Source: Octopus vulgaris
Taxonomy: Eukaryota
Length of the DNA: 64,000 nt
Direction: 5' to 3'
NCBI GenBank assembly: GCA_951406725.2
Contig: OX597817.1
Coordinates: 16,678,001-16,742,000, forward strand
Shown in pieces: positions 51,583-64,000 of the stretch. Position numbers and translations under genes: made by a program. Position 1 is the stretch's first letter, and each line of letters starts with the position of its first letter. The notes beneath the pieces are model-generated. The model ran no database searches, was not told where the DNA came from, and worked only from the letters and a program-made list of their open reading frames with translations.

Positions 51583-52230
51583 CAGTGATGGTGTCTGCTG
51601 AAGTGTGGGTCTTGCTTCTCTCCTTTTTTGCTGTGGAGAGAATACTTTGAAGTGATGTTCGTCACCACAAAATTGACATTTCAGAAATCGTTCTTGAACG
51701 GCCATGTACAGTTGTTGGCTGTCTGGCAGATTTCTGAGGTCCAGGATTACTTCCATGCTTTGATGATCAGTATAGATTAGAAGTTCCATTCCTTGGCCTT
51801 GCAGCCTCTGGACCTTCAAAATATTAGTTTTCTTCTGTAGATGTGCCTCCCGAAATAAACATCTTCTGGCTGGTGGTAGCTGTTATCTTCATTTCGGGAG
51901 GCATATCTACTATCTTGATTTTTACTACATTGAAAGATTGGTATGAGAACCAGTTTGTGACTCCTCGGGGTTCTTGTGGAGTGTTTAACTGACCTTTGTC
52001 GGAAATCTTATCGCTACTATGTCATACTTTCTCTCCTGGCGATATATGATTTGGTGCTTCAGATGGGTCTGAAGTACTTTTCAACTAGTTGCTGTTAACG
52101 GTTGCTCTATTTTCCGACTTTCCGTTCCTATTGTTCAACAGACAGAAGTTTTGAGGTTGGTTCCTTGTCGGATAGATTCCAGTATATTTAAGGCTACGTT
52201 TCATCTAGTTCTTGTAAGCATGCTTTTCGC
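51583..52230 (-). pseudogene. Decayed LINE ORF1 (gag-like zinc knuckle)
   Basis: LKCQFCGDEHH; same orientation as, and upstream of, the ORF2 fragment at 49780-50620. Confidence 0.45.
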
Positions 52231-52692
52231 ATTTTTTACTTCTTGAGTTGCTAAAATAATTTCTATCTGACGGACGGCTTTTTGTGTTGGTGTTGATGGT
52301 GATAGTGGTGGCAGAGGCGGAATTATCGGTTGATAATTTCTTCCGGCTCTTTACGTTCTGAGTTCAAATGCCGCGGAGGTCAGCTTTACCGTTTATCCTT
52401 TCGAGGTCGATAAAATAAATACCAGTTGAGCATTGGGGTCGATGTATTTGACCTGTCCCATTCCCTAAAAAATTGTTGGCCTTTTTCCAAAAATTAGAAA
52501 GAATTATGTATAGAAATATCTGCAGAGAACTCGATCACTTAGAGCAGGTTAGTTGTGTTGTTGGAAGTGGAAAACAACTGTAAGCAGAGCCCATCATACA
52601 TGAGATGGATTGAGTTGTGTATATATTAACTTTATGCTGTTTACACTTTGTATTTGTCATAATTTTTTTTTCTTTCGTTGCATTATGTATAC

Positions 52693-52753
52693 ATGTTCGT
52701 CACAAAATGTTTGTCTTCGCCAGTTTGCTTTAACGTTTCTCGTATTTGAGTTG
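52693..52753 (-). CDS. Candidate 61-nt internal coding exon (phase 2 to phase 0)
   Basis: TTTATTTGTCACAATAG|C AAC TCA...GAA CAT|GTATAC; reads (D)NSNTRNVKANWRRQTFCDEH; donor is weak. Confidence 0.42.
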
Positions 52754-53455
52754 CTATTGTGACAAATAAAATCATTATCGTCGTCGTCGTCATCGTCGTC
52801 ATCCTTCTCCTCCTCATCAAGATCATGGTCATCATGATCATCATCGTTGTTGTTGGTGGTGGTAGTGGATTAGTAGAATCGTAAAAGCGCCGGAAAAAAT
52901 GCCATGTGGCATTTATTTCGACTCTAAGTTCTGAGTTCAAATCCCGTCGAAGTGGCTTTACCTTCGGATCGATAAAATGAAGTATCAGTCAAGTACTGGG
53001 GTCGATCTAATCGACTAACTCCATCTTCTTAAAGTTGCCGGCCTTGTGCTTAAATTCGAAACTATTAGCTAGTGAGCTTGCACAATCATTACAGTGTCGG
53101 GAAAAATGCATCGACCCCAGTACTTGATTGGTACTTAATTTATCGACCCCGAAAGGATGAAAGACAAAGTCGACCTCGGTAGAATTTGAACTCAGAACGT
53201 AAAGATGGGCGCAATGTCGTCAAGCATTTTGCCCGGCGTGCTAACGATTCGGTTAAATAGACACTTCATTTTATCGACCACGGTAGGGGTTAGAAGGGTA
53301 ATTTAGTCTTTTCCCTTCGTTTGTGGGACAACCCCCGCGGCCAAAAAACAACAACAAAAAAACTCATTATACATTGAATTTTTTTTGCCGTTTAACAATT
53401 TCAAAACAATTTGTAAACATGACATCCACTTTGGTATCAATAGAAGGAGACTTAC

Positions 53456-53470
53456 TCAAAGGTGGCAGCA
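53456..53470 (-). CDS. Candidate 15-nt microexon (phase 2 to phase 2)
   Basis: TTTTTGTTTTCGTCAG|TGCTGCCACCTTTGA|GTAAGT, strong sites on both sides; reads AATF(D). Confidence 0.45.
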   Translation of the reverse strand, partial: CCHL

Positions 53471-54009
53471 CTGACGAAAACAAAAACTACTCAAAACTTT
53501 TAATCAGACACCGACAATTATTTATTATATGCCTGGTACTGGATACACAAAAGTGGGCAATAAAAAATTCAATAAAACTGCCGTTAGTGTGTCCATATAG
53601 AAAGAAGATTTGAACATAGATCGTTTTCAGATAAAGGAGAAAAAAAAAGCACGGTGGATGCACTATATTATTATTATTATCATCATCATTTTCTGACTCA
53701 CTTTCATTCGCACTAGACTCGCACGCACCATCTCACTTGTAGACGTGATCGCCGATTCACAAGCACTCGTAGACGGACTTGTAGATTTCTTTTTAAAAGC
53801 AAGTCTGTTTTTCGCACTCTATAAATTTCTCGGTAACACACAGAAGCATTTGTTATGGTAGTAGAAACTTTTACACTTCGTTCAAAATTTGGATTTTGTG
53901 CTTGAAAAATATAACTTGTAAACCGGGGTTTCGTAAAGCGGGCCCCCGTAAAGTGAGGTATTACTGTATCTACATGAGAATAGATTGGAGAAGTCTTGGC
54001 CAAATGTTT

Positions 54010-54221
54010 TTTTCTACTCTAGGCACAAGGCCCGAAATGTTTGGGGAGGGAGTCAGTCGATTAGATCGACCCCGGCACGCAACTGGTACTTAATTTATCG
54101 ACCCCGAAAGGATGAAAGACAAAGTCAACCTCGGTGGTATTTGAACTCAGAATCTAGCGGCAGACGAAATACTGCTAAGCATTTCGCCCGGCGTGCTAAC
54201 GATTCTTCCAGCTCGCCGCCT

Positions 54222-54222
<1 letters not shown>
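54010..54222 (-). mobile_element. SINE family A
   Basis: Ends CCAGCTCGCCGCC (head on minus strand). Confidence 0.85.
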
Positions 54223-54380
<158 letters not shown>

Positions 54381-54585
54381 CATAGTCGATTGGCAGAATC
54401 ATTAGAGCCTCGGACAAAATACTTAGCGGCATTTCTTCCGACTTTGCGCTGAGTTCAATACTGCCGAAGTCGACTTTGCCTTTCGTCTTTTCGAAGTCGA
54501 TAAATAAGGACCAGTCAGGTACTGCTGTCGACGTAATCGACAAACCCCCTCCTCTGAACTTGCTGGCCTTGTGCCAAAATTTGAA

Positions 54586-54598
54586 ATCATCATCATCA

Positions 54599-54643
<45 letters not shown>

Positions 54644-54698
54644 TCATCATCATCATCATCATCATCATCGTCATCATCATCATCATCATCATCATCAT
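54586..54698. repeat. (ATC)n(GTC)n(ATC)n compound microsatellite
   Basis: Direct reading. Confidence 0.95.
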
Positions 54699-54699
54699 T

Positions 54700-55521
54700 T
54701 GACTCAAGTTCGGTCTTATTCCTAGTAGGATTTATGCGGGTAGCGGGTTAATAACTGTAACCTTAGTTATCCATAAGTTTTCAGTAGTCTGTCAAGAGCC
54801 TGGAACAATCCTGATAATCCTTATCATCCCTAAGAGACAAACTTCCTGTAGGAGCTCTGCAGGGCATTCTATTCCAATCTCATTCAGCCATTTGTCTATA
54901 ACTTTGCTTACTATTCCCGACGCACCAGTCATTATAGGTACGTCCTTTACAGTCTTCCTACTCCAAATTCTTCCTATTTCAAATTTTAAGGGATTGTATT
55001 TCTTTTGTTTTTCGTCCTCTGTCTTTACGATTCTGGAATTAAACGGGCATGATGGGTCGATTAGTGAGCAACTTCGCTTTTCCTTATCAGTAATTGTTAT
55101 GTCCGGTCTATTATTTTCTAACTTCTGGTTTGTTTGAATAGGAAAGTCCCACAAAATCTTTCATTTCTCCGATTTCAGTACCCTTTCGACTCGATGATTG
55201 TACTATGTGTTTCCAGCTTCAAATCCCCATTTTCTGGTAAAGTTTCCAGTGTATAACTTCTACAACCTAGTCGTGCTTCCATTTCTTATACTCTTCCTGT
55301 ACCAGCTTGGGGTCTTGGATTTCATTCTTGTCCTTTTCTCTTATTACGCGCATCATCACTTGTTCTTTATTCACTGTCTTTAGTAGTTTTTCCGTGCTAT
55401 TCTCTAAATACTCTATTAGGCTTTTTTCCTTCCATCTGAAAACATTCTTCTACTGCTATGAAGCATCTTCCACCCTCATGTACAGCCGGTTGATATCAGC
55501 CTTCGGATGGTAGGCTCCATA
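54700..55521 (-). mobile_element. R4/Dong-like RLE non-LTR retrotransposon 3' fragment with internal deletion
   Basis: MYGAYHPKADINRLY at the 5' junction next to (TAA)n; WDFPIQT...NRPDI...LIDPSCP...K.KKY endonuclease domain. Confidence 0.85.
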
Positions 55522-55589
<68 letters not shown>

Positions 55590-55591
<2 letters not shown>

Positions 55592-56436
55592 GAGTGAGAG
55601 AGCAGTGCATGCCATCAAAGTGACACTGGGGTAAGATATACGAAGCTCAGCATAACCATCATGACAACCCGTCTGATAAGGGTACACTAGGCACATGCAT
55701 CACAACCATATTATTATTATCATTATTACTCAAATTCCGCCAAGGTCGACTTTGCCTTTCATCCTTTCGGGGTCGATAAATTAAGTACCATTTAAGTACT
55801 GGGGTCGATGTGATCGACTTACCCCCTCCCTCCAAATTCCAGGCCTTGTGCCTTCAGTAGAAAGGATTATTATTATTGTTGTTGTTGTTGTTGTTGTTAT
55901 TATTATTATTGCCTTCAAAATACACTGGAGTAAAATATACGAAGCCCAGTATATCCATCATGTCTACCCATCTGATAATGCAGCCACATGCATTACAACC
56001 ATATGTGCGCGACATGGTGATCTCATATCAAGATAAACAGCGCATGACCTTGCAGGTGGAACCCAGTTAGAATTTTCTTCAGGGCGAGTTGCCCATCCCA
56101 CTCAAAAGGTCCTTGAATAAGGTTTGGTTAAAAATGTCGAACGAAACACTCATGCTTCCAGAGATGAATTATTCAAACCCCAAAGAATTCCTCTCAACAC
56201 ATGGCTATGATGCTTCCTCATTACTTCTGCTCATGATCAAAGCTGCACATATCGTCAGCCACTAAGAGACATGCTTTAGTGGTTAATGTCAAACAACTGA
56301 CAAGTAAATCTCTGGTATTGAGTAGAATATTTGCTGTAGCCCATCTTTTATACCAAGCCAAACCAAACTAATGTACATGATAACACTTCCAGACTGTTAA
56401 GATCAGAAGCTATGAGAGCCAATGTCTGGTATTGCA
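55590..56436. repeat. Unclassified interspersed repeat embedded in (ATT)n tracts (partial copy 55590-55711, longer copy 55910-56436)
   Basis: Shared ACACTGG.GTAA.ATATACGAAGC.CAG...CATGCAT.ACAACCATAT segment. Confidence 0.55.
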
Positions 56437-56596
56437 TTATTATTATTATTATTATTATTATTATCATTATTATTATTATTATTATCTTCTTCTTCTTCTT
56501 CTTCTTCTTCTTCTTCTTCTTCTTCTTCTTCTTCTTCTTCTTCTTCTTCTTCTTCTTCTTCTTCTTCTTCTTCTTCTTCTTCTTCTTCTTCTTCTT

Positions 56597-56625
<29 letters not shown>
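56437..56625. repeat. (ATT)n(TTC)n microsatellite
   Basis: Direct reading. Confidence 0.95.
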
Positions 56626-56627
<2 letters not shown>

Positions 56628-57338
56628 TTTCTTGTCCTGGTAGGGCATGTTTACATGTGTTAATACTAATATTTTGGATTATATTATGTTGATTTTGTGG
56701 AAAATTGAATGATAATCTCTGTGTCGTATTGTACCGAATTGTTACAAAGAGAGGTGAGAAGTTTGTTTTTATTTTCTCTGTATTTGGGAAGGAAAAAGAC
56801 ATTTTTTTTTGTTGCTTTGCCATGTTTCAATATGATTCTTTGCATTGGGGTAGGAGGAAGAGGTTGCTCACTACAGTGCATGTAGCACCAACATAAACAA
56901 ATACGCTCTCAAGGCAAAACAAATTTGTGAACAAAATATCGGCACAAATTTAAAAAAGAAAAAAAACAGAAGAAGGGAAGCGAACAACTCCAAACAGTCG
57001 GATACAGAGAAAAAAGTATAATGACTTTATTGACATAAGCATTCACAGTCAAAGGATAAACAACAACATTTACACACACATATAACATACGTACATACAT
57101 ACACACACGCGCACGCATCACGTACGCACACACACACACACGCACACACTTACACACACCAGAGAAACACACACGTACACACACATACACACACACGTGC
57201 ACACAAATCTTGTTGAGCACAAATATTAGAAACTTCGGAAGTTGTTTTATGAAGGTAACCGTCTTCAAGAAAATTTCTGGGCATAGACAAGATTCACCCA
57301 GAGAAAGTAATATGCGAGTGGTATGTCACAAAAGAGTA

Positions 57339-57786
57339 TGAAAGATGGCAGAATCCCCAAGGACATACTCTACGGAGAGCTTGCTAGGGGTACTAGGTCT
57401 GTGGGTAGACCGATCTTACGTTACAAGGATGTTTGCAAAAGGGACATGAAGGCCTGCAACATCAATATTAGCGGTTGGGAGGCAGTTGCCGGCAACCGTG
57501 GAGAATGGCGACGTACCGTAAAAGAGGGAATACAAAGGAGTGACAGAGAGAGAGAGGAGAAATGGAAAGAAAGGAAGAGACGTAAACAAGAGACTATGGC
57601 ACTACAACCAGCCAGAAACAGTCTTCGCTACATTTGCGGTACCTGCCAGAGGGAGTGTTTGTCCAGGATAGGACTACACAGCCACAGCAGGAAATGTATC
57701 AGGACATGAAATATAAAAGCCGGACTAGACTACTTCATGCGCAACTCCATTGTCTCCCGAGACAGAAAGGATGCCAATACAATACA
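57339..57786 (+). mobile_element. 5'-truncated RTE-clade LINE
   Basis: DGRIPKDILYGEL..GRP.LRYKDVCKRDMK...CGTCQRECLSRIGLHSHSRKC*; (CAATA)n tail; 16-bp TSD ATGTCACAAAAGAGTA (57323-57338, 57787-57802). Confidence 0.93.
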
Positions 57787-58719
57787 ATGTCACAAAAGAG
57801 TAGGCTTTCAGAGTTCCCTCAAAGGAGCAATTTGAGGGGATCCTGGTCAAGTAGGGGGATCCTGGTCAAGTCTAAAACACTCGTCAAGACCAGAGTTTTA
57901 GAAGTCAATACGAAAGATCAAAAAAGAAGACAAGGCACTCAAAAGAAAAACCTACTCGAAATGAAACCGAGGTGATCATGCGAGAAGGAGTGCCTTCCAA
58001 AGGGGATGTTTTTCGCAGCTGGACATGAAATAAGGCCAAAAAACTTCAAGAAACATTCAAAAGATAGAATACTGGTAAAGACTGCAGTATTTAACTATGA
58101 TAACCGCAAATTAGCTTCCACAGAGGACATGAGATGCATCATGCTACGTCGACCCCAAATGCTCATTGGTGCCTTTGGGTACACCAAATAAGGAGTAGCA
58201 GGTGAGTAGAAGGAAGGCAAGGAAAGAGTGTGAAGAGAAAGAGCTCAACTCCCCTACCACGTTGCATTGAAGTTTACATTTCTTTTTCCAAAATAAATGA
58301 AAGAACTGCTAAACCAACTGAAGGATGAAAACGGGAGTTGCAAAACCAAGATGATCATGCGAGAATGGGTGCCACTGAGAAAGCAGTAGGCTTCGATGTT
58401 GAGGAACACCCAAATAAAGTGGTTGTGAGAATCACAATAGTTATCGATGAACAACTAACGTGCAAATTGCTAGAAGGTATGGAAGATTTCTTGCCCAATC
58501 CAACGCCAAAGGTGCTCACGGATACCTTCGGGTATACCAGTTACAAGAAGTGGTAGAACAATATTGTGAGATACTTTGGTCCATCCGGACTAGTGGGTTC
58601 CTACCTGTGTGTGTGGGATCCCCTATTCATTCTTCATGTTTATTAAATTGTTATTTAAAAAATCATTGTATTTTTATCTAATTATCTACTTGCTTACTTG
58701 CTTATGACAACCCATCAAA

Positions 58720-58895
58720 GGTGATGGCAATATCGATCCAAGACATTCATCCACCTCCGCCTCCAGCACATTGTTTCTCATGGGAGCGGATGTGGCTGAC
58801 AAAACTCATACGAGACAGGTAGATCCTGTGACATTGAGGGTCCGTATAGTGTGGGGTCGGTAGTGAGACAGAGATGGTGTCTTGTCGGGCGACCA
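58720..58895 (-). pseudogene. RTE-like LINE extreme 3' fragment
   Basis: PQCHRIYLSRMSFVSHIRSH decayed zinc finger. Confidence 0.55.
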
Positions 58896-59214
58896 CTAGA
58901 GGCTCTGTCGTTAATTCATGACATATTAGTTTATCGAGAAAGTATATCTTATACATTGACTATATATACAGAGAGAAGATGGAGGAGTGCATTTTCCAGA
59001 AACCTCCTTTTTTAAATAGGACACGATCTCCAAGTATGTTCATAACTGTGTTTTCAAAGCCTCTTGTGCAGCAGTGAGGTTTGGAATAGATATTTCAAGC
59101 GGCGGGTAATTCAAATTTGAAACAACCACAAGGATTTGATGACGATGTCTCTTCCGTACTTCTTGCAGTCCCCTGCATTCAGTTTCAAATTTAGCCCTTG
59201 CACTGGTATTGGAG

Positions 59215-59830
59215 GTGTGGGTAGGCTCACACAGAAAGCTATTCTATCCATGTAGAGTCTTTATGGAGCTGGCATCAGGAGCCACTCAAATGATAAAGCC
59301 TCCATGAAGAGAGCCATACGAGTTATTTTCAAGCACAGGTCCAAGGACCATAGTGACTGTGGTAACTGGTGTCCAGTGAAAAAGGTGGATGACAAACGTA
59401 ATCCAAACAAAACCTCCCTGCCAAAATTTGTGCTGGATAAAATGAAGCCCGTGTTTGTAACCTTATCTGAGGACAAACTCTTGGATAAGTGCCTGCAAGG
59501 AGGATCACAAAATTACAATGAATCATTCCACAACTTGGGATCAGTGTCCTAAATCAACATTTGCGGGCGATTTTGCCTGGAGTTAGTTGTCAATGATGTC
59601 ATTATAGTTTTCAATCAAGGAGAAATTGCAAAGATATTTGTGTTTGAAAACTTTGGCCTCAGCCATGGCCATCATCTGAGAGAGGGACTGAGGCAAGTTG
59701 ATAAGCAGAGACTAAAGAAAGTATATGTGTCTGGACAGGAATTCATAATCAAAACAAGATATAAACGCTATCAGATGAAATCTAAGAAATCAATAGCAAA
59801 GCATCTAGACTGTTCCTCAATCTGTTGGCA
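59215..59830 (+). pseudogene. Kolobok/Mutator-like DDE transposase remnant
   Basis: GRLTQKAI..YGAGIR...MKRAI..IF.H...H..C..WC...LLDKCLQGGSQNYNESFHNL, then frameshifted CPK.TF.G...FNQG. Confidence 0.75.
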
Positions 59831-60257
59831 TTAGACTGAGCATATTATCTGCAAATATTGGTAGAAAAACTGATCTAAAATATGGGTGGATATCATCCAT
59901 GTCGGTCGTCTGGCGATCATTGTTGTATAATCAGGTCATGAATAGATAATGTGGAAATTTGAATACTATGTTTTTTTGATAGAACTAACATTGTTCTTGA
60001 TGTATGCCACATATGGCTTGCTTAGGATTTTATTCCCGCTGAATGAGAGCATCTTCAATTTAGGGATGTTTTCCTACGCTGAAATTTTGCATGTGTGTTA
60101 CTTTGGTATGTGCCTAGATGTTATTCTACTGTTATTAGATATACTTCATTTGTTCATCTTAGAGAGACACTTGAAAGCTACTACCCAGGGGTCAAAAACG
60201 CTTGAACTGTATATGGCTACGAGCGACCCCACAATGAAATCTAGGCCAATTTCATCA

Positions 60258-61406
60258 ATTTTTTGGTTATATTTTCTGAGATTTTCCCTAGGGCCCAGAT
60301 TGAACAAATAAGTAAAAAAACGTAATAAGCAAAGTTTTAATTCATTGTCGGGTGTCCGAAATATAAAGAAATATTGTGAGAAGTATTAGACGTATTAAGC
60401 AGATCAATATCAATTAGATTTCGATTCTATTTCCTTATTTCATTTATGCATCCTTGAACAAAATAGTTACCGTCTCCATCACTCTAATTTAGCCATTTTT
60501 TGCTCCTGTTCAGTAAAAGTCATCATCGTTGTTTGCAAAGCTGATTTTCCTCTCCCTTTCTCCTCTTTTCCTTCACTCTTCTTGCTGCTGTTGTTTTTGT
60601 TGTTATATAATAGCGATGGTGTTGGCCGTACCACAGTGATGGTATTAGCAAATATAGAGACAGTGTTTGTAATAGGGGGTAGTAAAGACAGCTGTCATAT
60701 AGGTAAACATAGAGACAGAGCGAGAGAGAGGTAATGGCGGAAGCGGTGGTCATTTCGTCCGTTTACGTTCTGTGTTCAAATTACGGCGAGGTCGACTTTA
60801 CCTTTTATCCTTTCAGGGTTGAAAAAATAAGTACCTGGAGATCACTGGGGTCGATGTAACCGACCCCATCCCGGAATTGCTACCTTGTGCCAAAATTTGA
60901 AATCGATATATTTTCGAGTATTTTTTGGTTATATTTTCTGAGATTTTCCCTAGGGCCCAGATTGAACAAATAAGTAAAAAAACGTAATAAGCAAAGTTTT
61001 AATTCATTGTCGGGTGTCCGAAATATAAAGAAATATTATGACAAGTTGTATGATCATCATTGCTGGTAAGTTAATTTATATTTTTATCTGATTTTTGATA
61101 ATAGCTTTTTTGAAAAATGGTCTACCGTCTCCATCACTCTAATTTAGCCATTTTTTGCTCCTGTTCAGTAAAAGTCATCATCGTTGTTTGCAAAGCTGAT
61201 TTTCCTCTCCCTTTCTCCTCTTTTCCTTCACTCTTCTTGCTGCTGTTGTTTTTGTTGTTATATAATAGCGATGGTGTTGGCCGTACCACAGTGATGGTAT
61301 TAGCAAATATAGAGACAGTGTTTGTAATAGGGGGTAGTAAAGACAGCTGTCATATAGGTAAACATAGAGACAGAGCGAGAGAGAGGTAATGGCGGAAGCG
61401 GTGGTC
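60258..61406. repeat. Mosaic direct duplication (60258-60380 with 60920-61041; 60468-60751 with 61122-61406)
   Basis: Two near-identical blocks repeated about 660 bp apart with different spacers. Confidence 0.9.
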
Positions 61407-61639
61407 TTCTGTGCGTGTATGTATGTACAGTGTGGGGTCGGTAGTGAGACAGAGATGGGGGTCTTGTTAGCTTCTTGCATTGGAATTTATGTAGTGGGGA
61501 AACTCGGGGAGTTTGCTTCTAATAACGCTGGAATGCTTGTGACACAGGCGTTGTTCCAGCATGGCCACAGTCAAATGAGCTGAAACAAGTAAAAGAGTAA
61601 AAGAGATAGTTCTTGGTATTTAGGCAATGAATCTAAGGA

Positions 61640-62102
61640 GGTGAGGAGCTAGCAGAATCGTTACCGCGCCGGGCAAAAACTAGCAGTATTTCGTTCGCCG
61701 GCGGCGAGCTAGCGGAATCGCGTTAGCACGTCGGGCTAAATGCTTAGCGGTATTTCGTCTGCCGCTACGTTCTGAGTTCAAATTCCACCGAGGTCGACTT
61801 TGCCTTTCATCCTTTCGAGGTCGATTAAATAAGTACCAGTTACGCACTGGGGTCGATATAATCGACTTAATCCGCTTGTCTGTCCTTGTTTGTCCTCTCT
61901 GCGTTTAGCCCCTTACGTAGGTAGTTAAGAAATAGGTATTTCGTCCATCTTTACGTAAAGTGGATTCTGCCGAACCGACATGGTTGCCTCATATGCTTTT
62001 AGGGTCGTGGCACCTTGGGCAAGTGTTTTGTACTATAGCCTCAGGACTGTCCCAAAGCCTGGTGAGTGGATTTGGTAGACAGAAACCGAAAGAAGCCAGT
62101 CG

Positions 62103-62179
<77 letters not shown>

Positions 62180-63960
62180 TGTGTGTATGTGTGTATATGT
62201 CTGTGTATGAATTTGTGTGTCTGTATTTGTCCCCCCAACATCGCTTGACAATCGATGGTTGTGTGTTTACGTCCCCGTTACTTAGCGGTTCGGCAAAAGA
62301 GCTACCGAGGTCGAATCTGCCTTTCATCCTTCAGAGTCGATAACAAAGAATAAGTCCCGGGGTCGATTTGCTCGACTAAAGGCGGTGTTCCAGCATGGCC
62401 ACAGTCAAATGACTGAAACAAGTAAAAGAGTAAAAGAGATAGTTCTTGATATTTAGGCAATGAAACTAAGGGTGCCGTCAAAAATGTTTAGCAACATTTC
62501 GTCCTTCTTCATGTTTTGAGTTCAAGTTCCATTGAGGTCGACTTTACCTTTCATCCTTCAGGGTTGATAAAATAAATACCAGTTAATCACTGGGGGGTCT
62601 ATGTAAACGACTTACCCATCCCCCGACGTTGTTGACCTTGTGCCAAAACTTGTAACCAATATTTAGGCAATGTGTTAAGCGGTGAGCTAGCAGAATCGTT
62701 AGCACGTCGGGCTAAATGCTTAGCGGTATTTCGTCTGCCGCTACGTTCTGAGTTCAAATTCCACGCTGAGGTCGACTTTGCCTTTCATCCTTTCGAGGTC
62801 GATTAAATAAGTACCAGTTACGCACTGGGGTCGATATAATCGACTAAATCCGTTTGTCTGTCCTTGTTTGTCCTCTCTGCGTTTAGCCCCTTGTGGGTAG
62901 TTAAGAAATAGGTATGGGTTGGCAAAATAGTAAACGCATCAAGTAAAATGTTTTGCAGTACATGTCACCAAACCATATCCGATCGCGAGTGACGCTTGGT
63001 TGTACTGGGTCGATAAAATAAGGACCAGTTGATTACTGGGGTCGATGTAATCGATTTAGCCCTTATCCTGAAATTTCTGCCCTTTTACCAAAATTTGACA
63101 CCGATATTTAGGCAATGAATGTAAACGCATGCGCAGTAATAGCCTATTGAGAAAACAGCTGAACATCTTGTACATGCATTGATGCAATTGTTAACGCTTT
63201 CTATTGCTACAAACATATAGTAGGGTGACATAATCCTTAACACAACGAACAAAATGCTTAGCAGCATTTCTTCCGGCTTTACGTTTTGAGTTCAAATGCT
63301 ACCGAGGTCGAATCTGCCTTTTATCCTTCAGAGTCGATAAAATAAGAACCAGTTAAGTACAGGAGTCGATGTAATGGATTTCCTTCTATCAAAATTGTTG
63401 GCCTTGTGCCAAAAGAATTAGAAATATTGATTTCACATTTTGGCACAAGACCATTTCAGGAGAACTGGGGTCGATGCAATCGACTAATCCCACCCCAGAA
63501 ATTGCTGACCTTGTGCCAAAATTTATAGCTTTATCTGTTGCTTTGAGAGCCGCCGTTCCAAGAAAAGATTTATTCATGACCTTGGCGAAATTTGAACTCA
63601 GAACATAAAGACGGATAAAATGCCGCTAAGTATTTTGCCCGGTGTTAACGATTCTACCAGCTCAGAAATAGCATGAACATACAATACATATAGCTACAGT
63701 ATCGTATCCTCCTCCTCCCTCCAAAATTGCCGGCCTTGTGTCTAGATCAGAAACTGTCATTACGAACATACAAAAAGGCGACGAGCTAGAAGAAGCGATA
63801 GAGCGTCACAAAAGAAAAAGGGAAAAGGCTTGCGGTATTTGTTCCAGCTCTCTCATTTCAGATCCTGCCTAAGTCAGTTTTGGCTTTCATCCCGCTGGGA
63901 TCGATATAATAAAGTACCAGTCAAGTACTGAAATAGATTTTATAGACGACTTCCCTATAC
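61640..63960. mobile_element. Dense SINE cluster (many family A copies; family B at about 62005-62438)
   Basis: Repeated GAGCTAGCAGAATCGTTAGC and GAGGTCGACTTTGCCTTTCATCC modules. Confidence 0.85.
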
Positions 63961-64000
63961 CTCAAACATCCTGGTTTTGAGTCTAAATCAGGAATCGTTG

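Noticed and set aside
56872-56907. Possible upstream hydrophobic exon (AYLFMLVLHALY) for the candidate gene
   Set aside because: Phase fits, but the acceptor is a rare GAG and there is no independent support

Overview
AT-rich, repeat-dominated eukaryotic DNA. It is most likely from an octopus or other coleoid cephalopod, inferred from the dense tRNA-derived SINE families and the (TACA)n/(CA)n/(TA)n microsatellite load. Almost every ORF in the track is a microsatellite, SINE or transposon artefact. The window holds dozens of SINEs, truncated LINEs (CR1, RTE, R4/Dong-like, L1/Tx1, Penelope-like), non-autonomous DNA transposons (mariner, pogo/Tc2-like, hAT, Helitron, palindromic MITEs) and a Kolobok/Mutator-like transposase remnant. 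Three things stand out. (1) A candidate minus-strand host gene, missed by the ORF track, has very small phase-compatible exons (15, 61, 65, 29 nt) plus a terminal exon over about 20 kb; it would encode a small Cys-rich protein with a hydrophobic C-terminal tail. (2) A homogeneous 16-copy, 159-bp satellite has expanded inside one arm of a foldback-like element. (3) Minimal hammerhead-ribozyme-like motifs with compensatory stem changes occur in short microsatellite-embedded elements near a decayed Penelope-like RT. All calls were made by eye; no searches were run.
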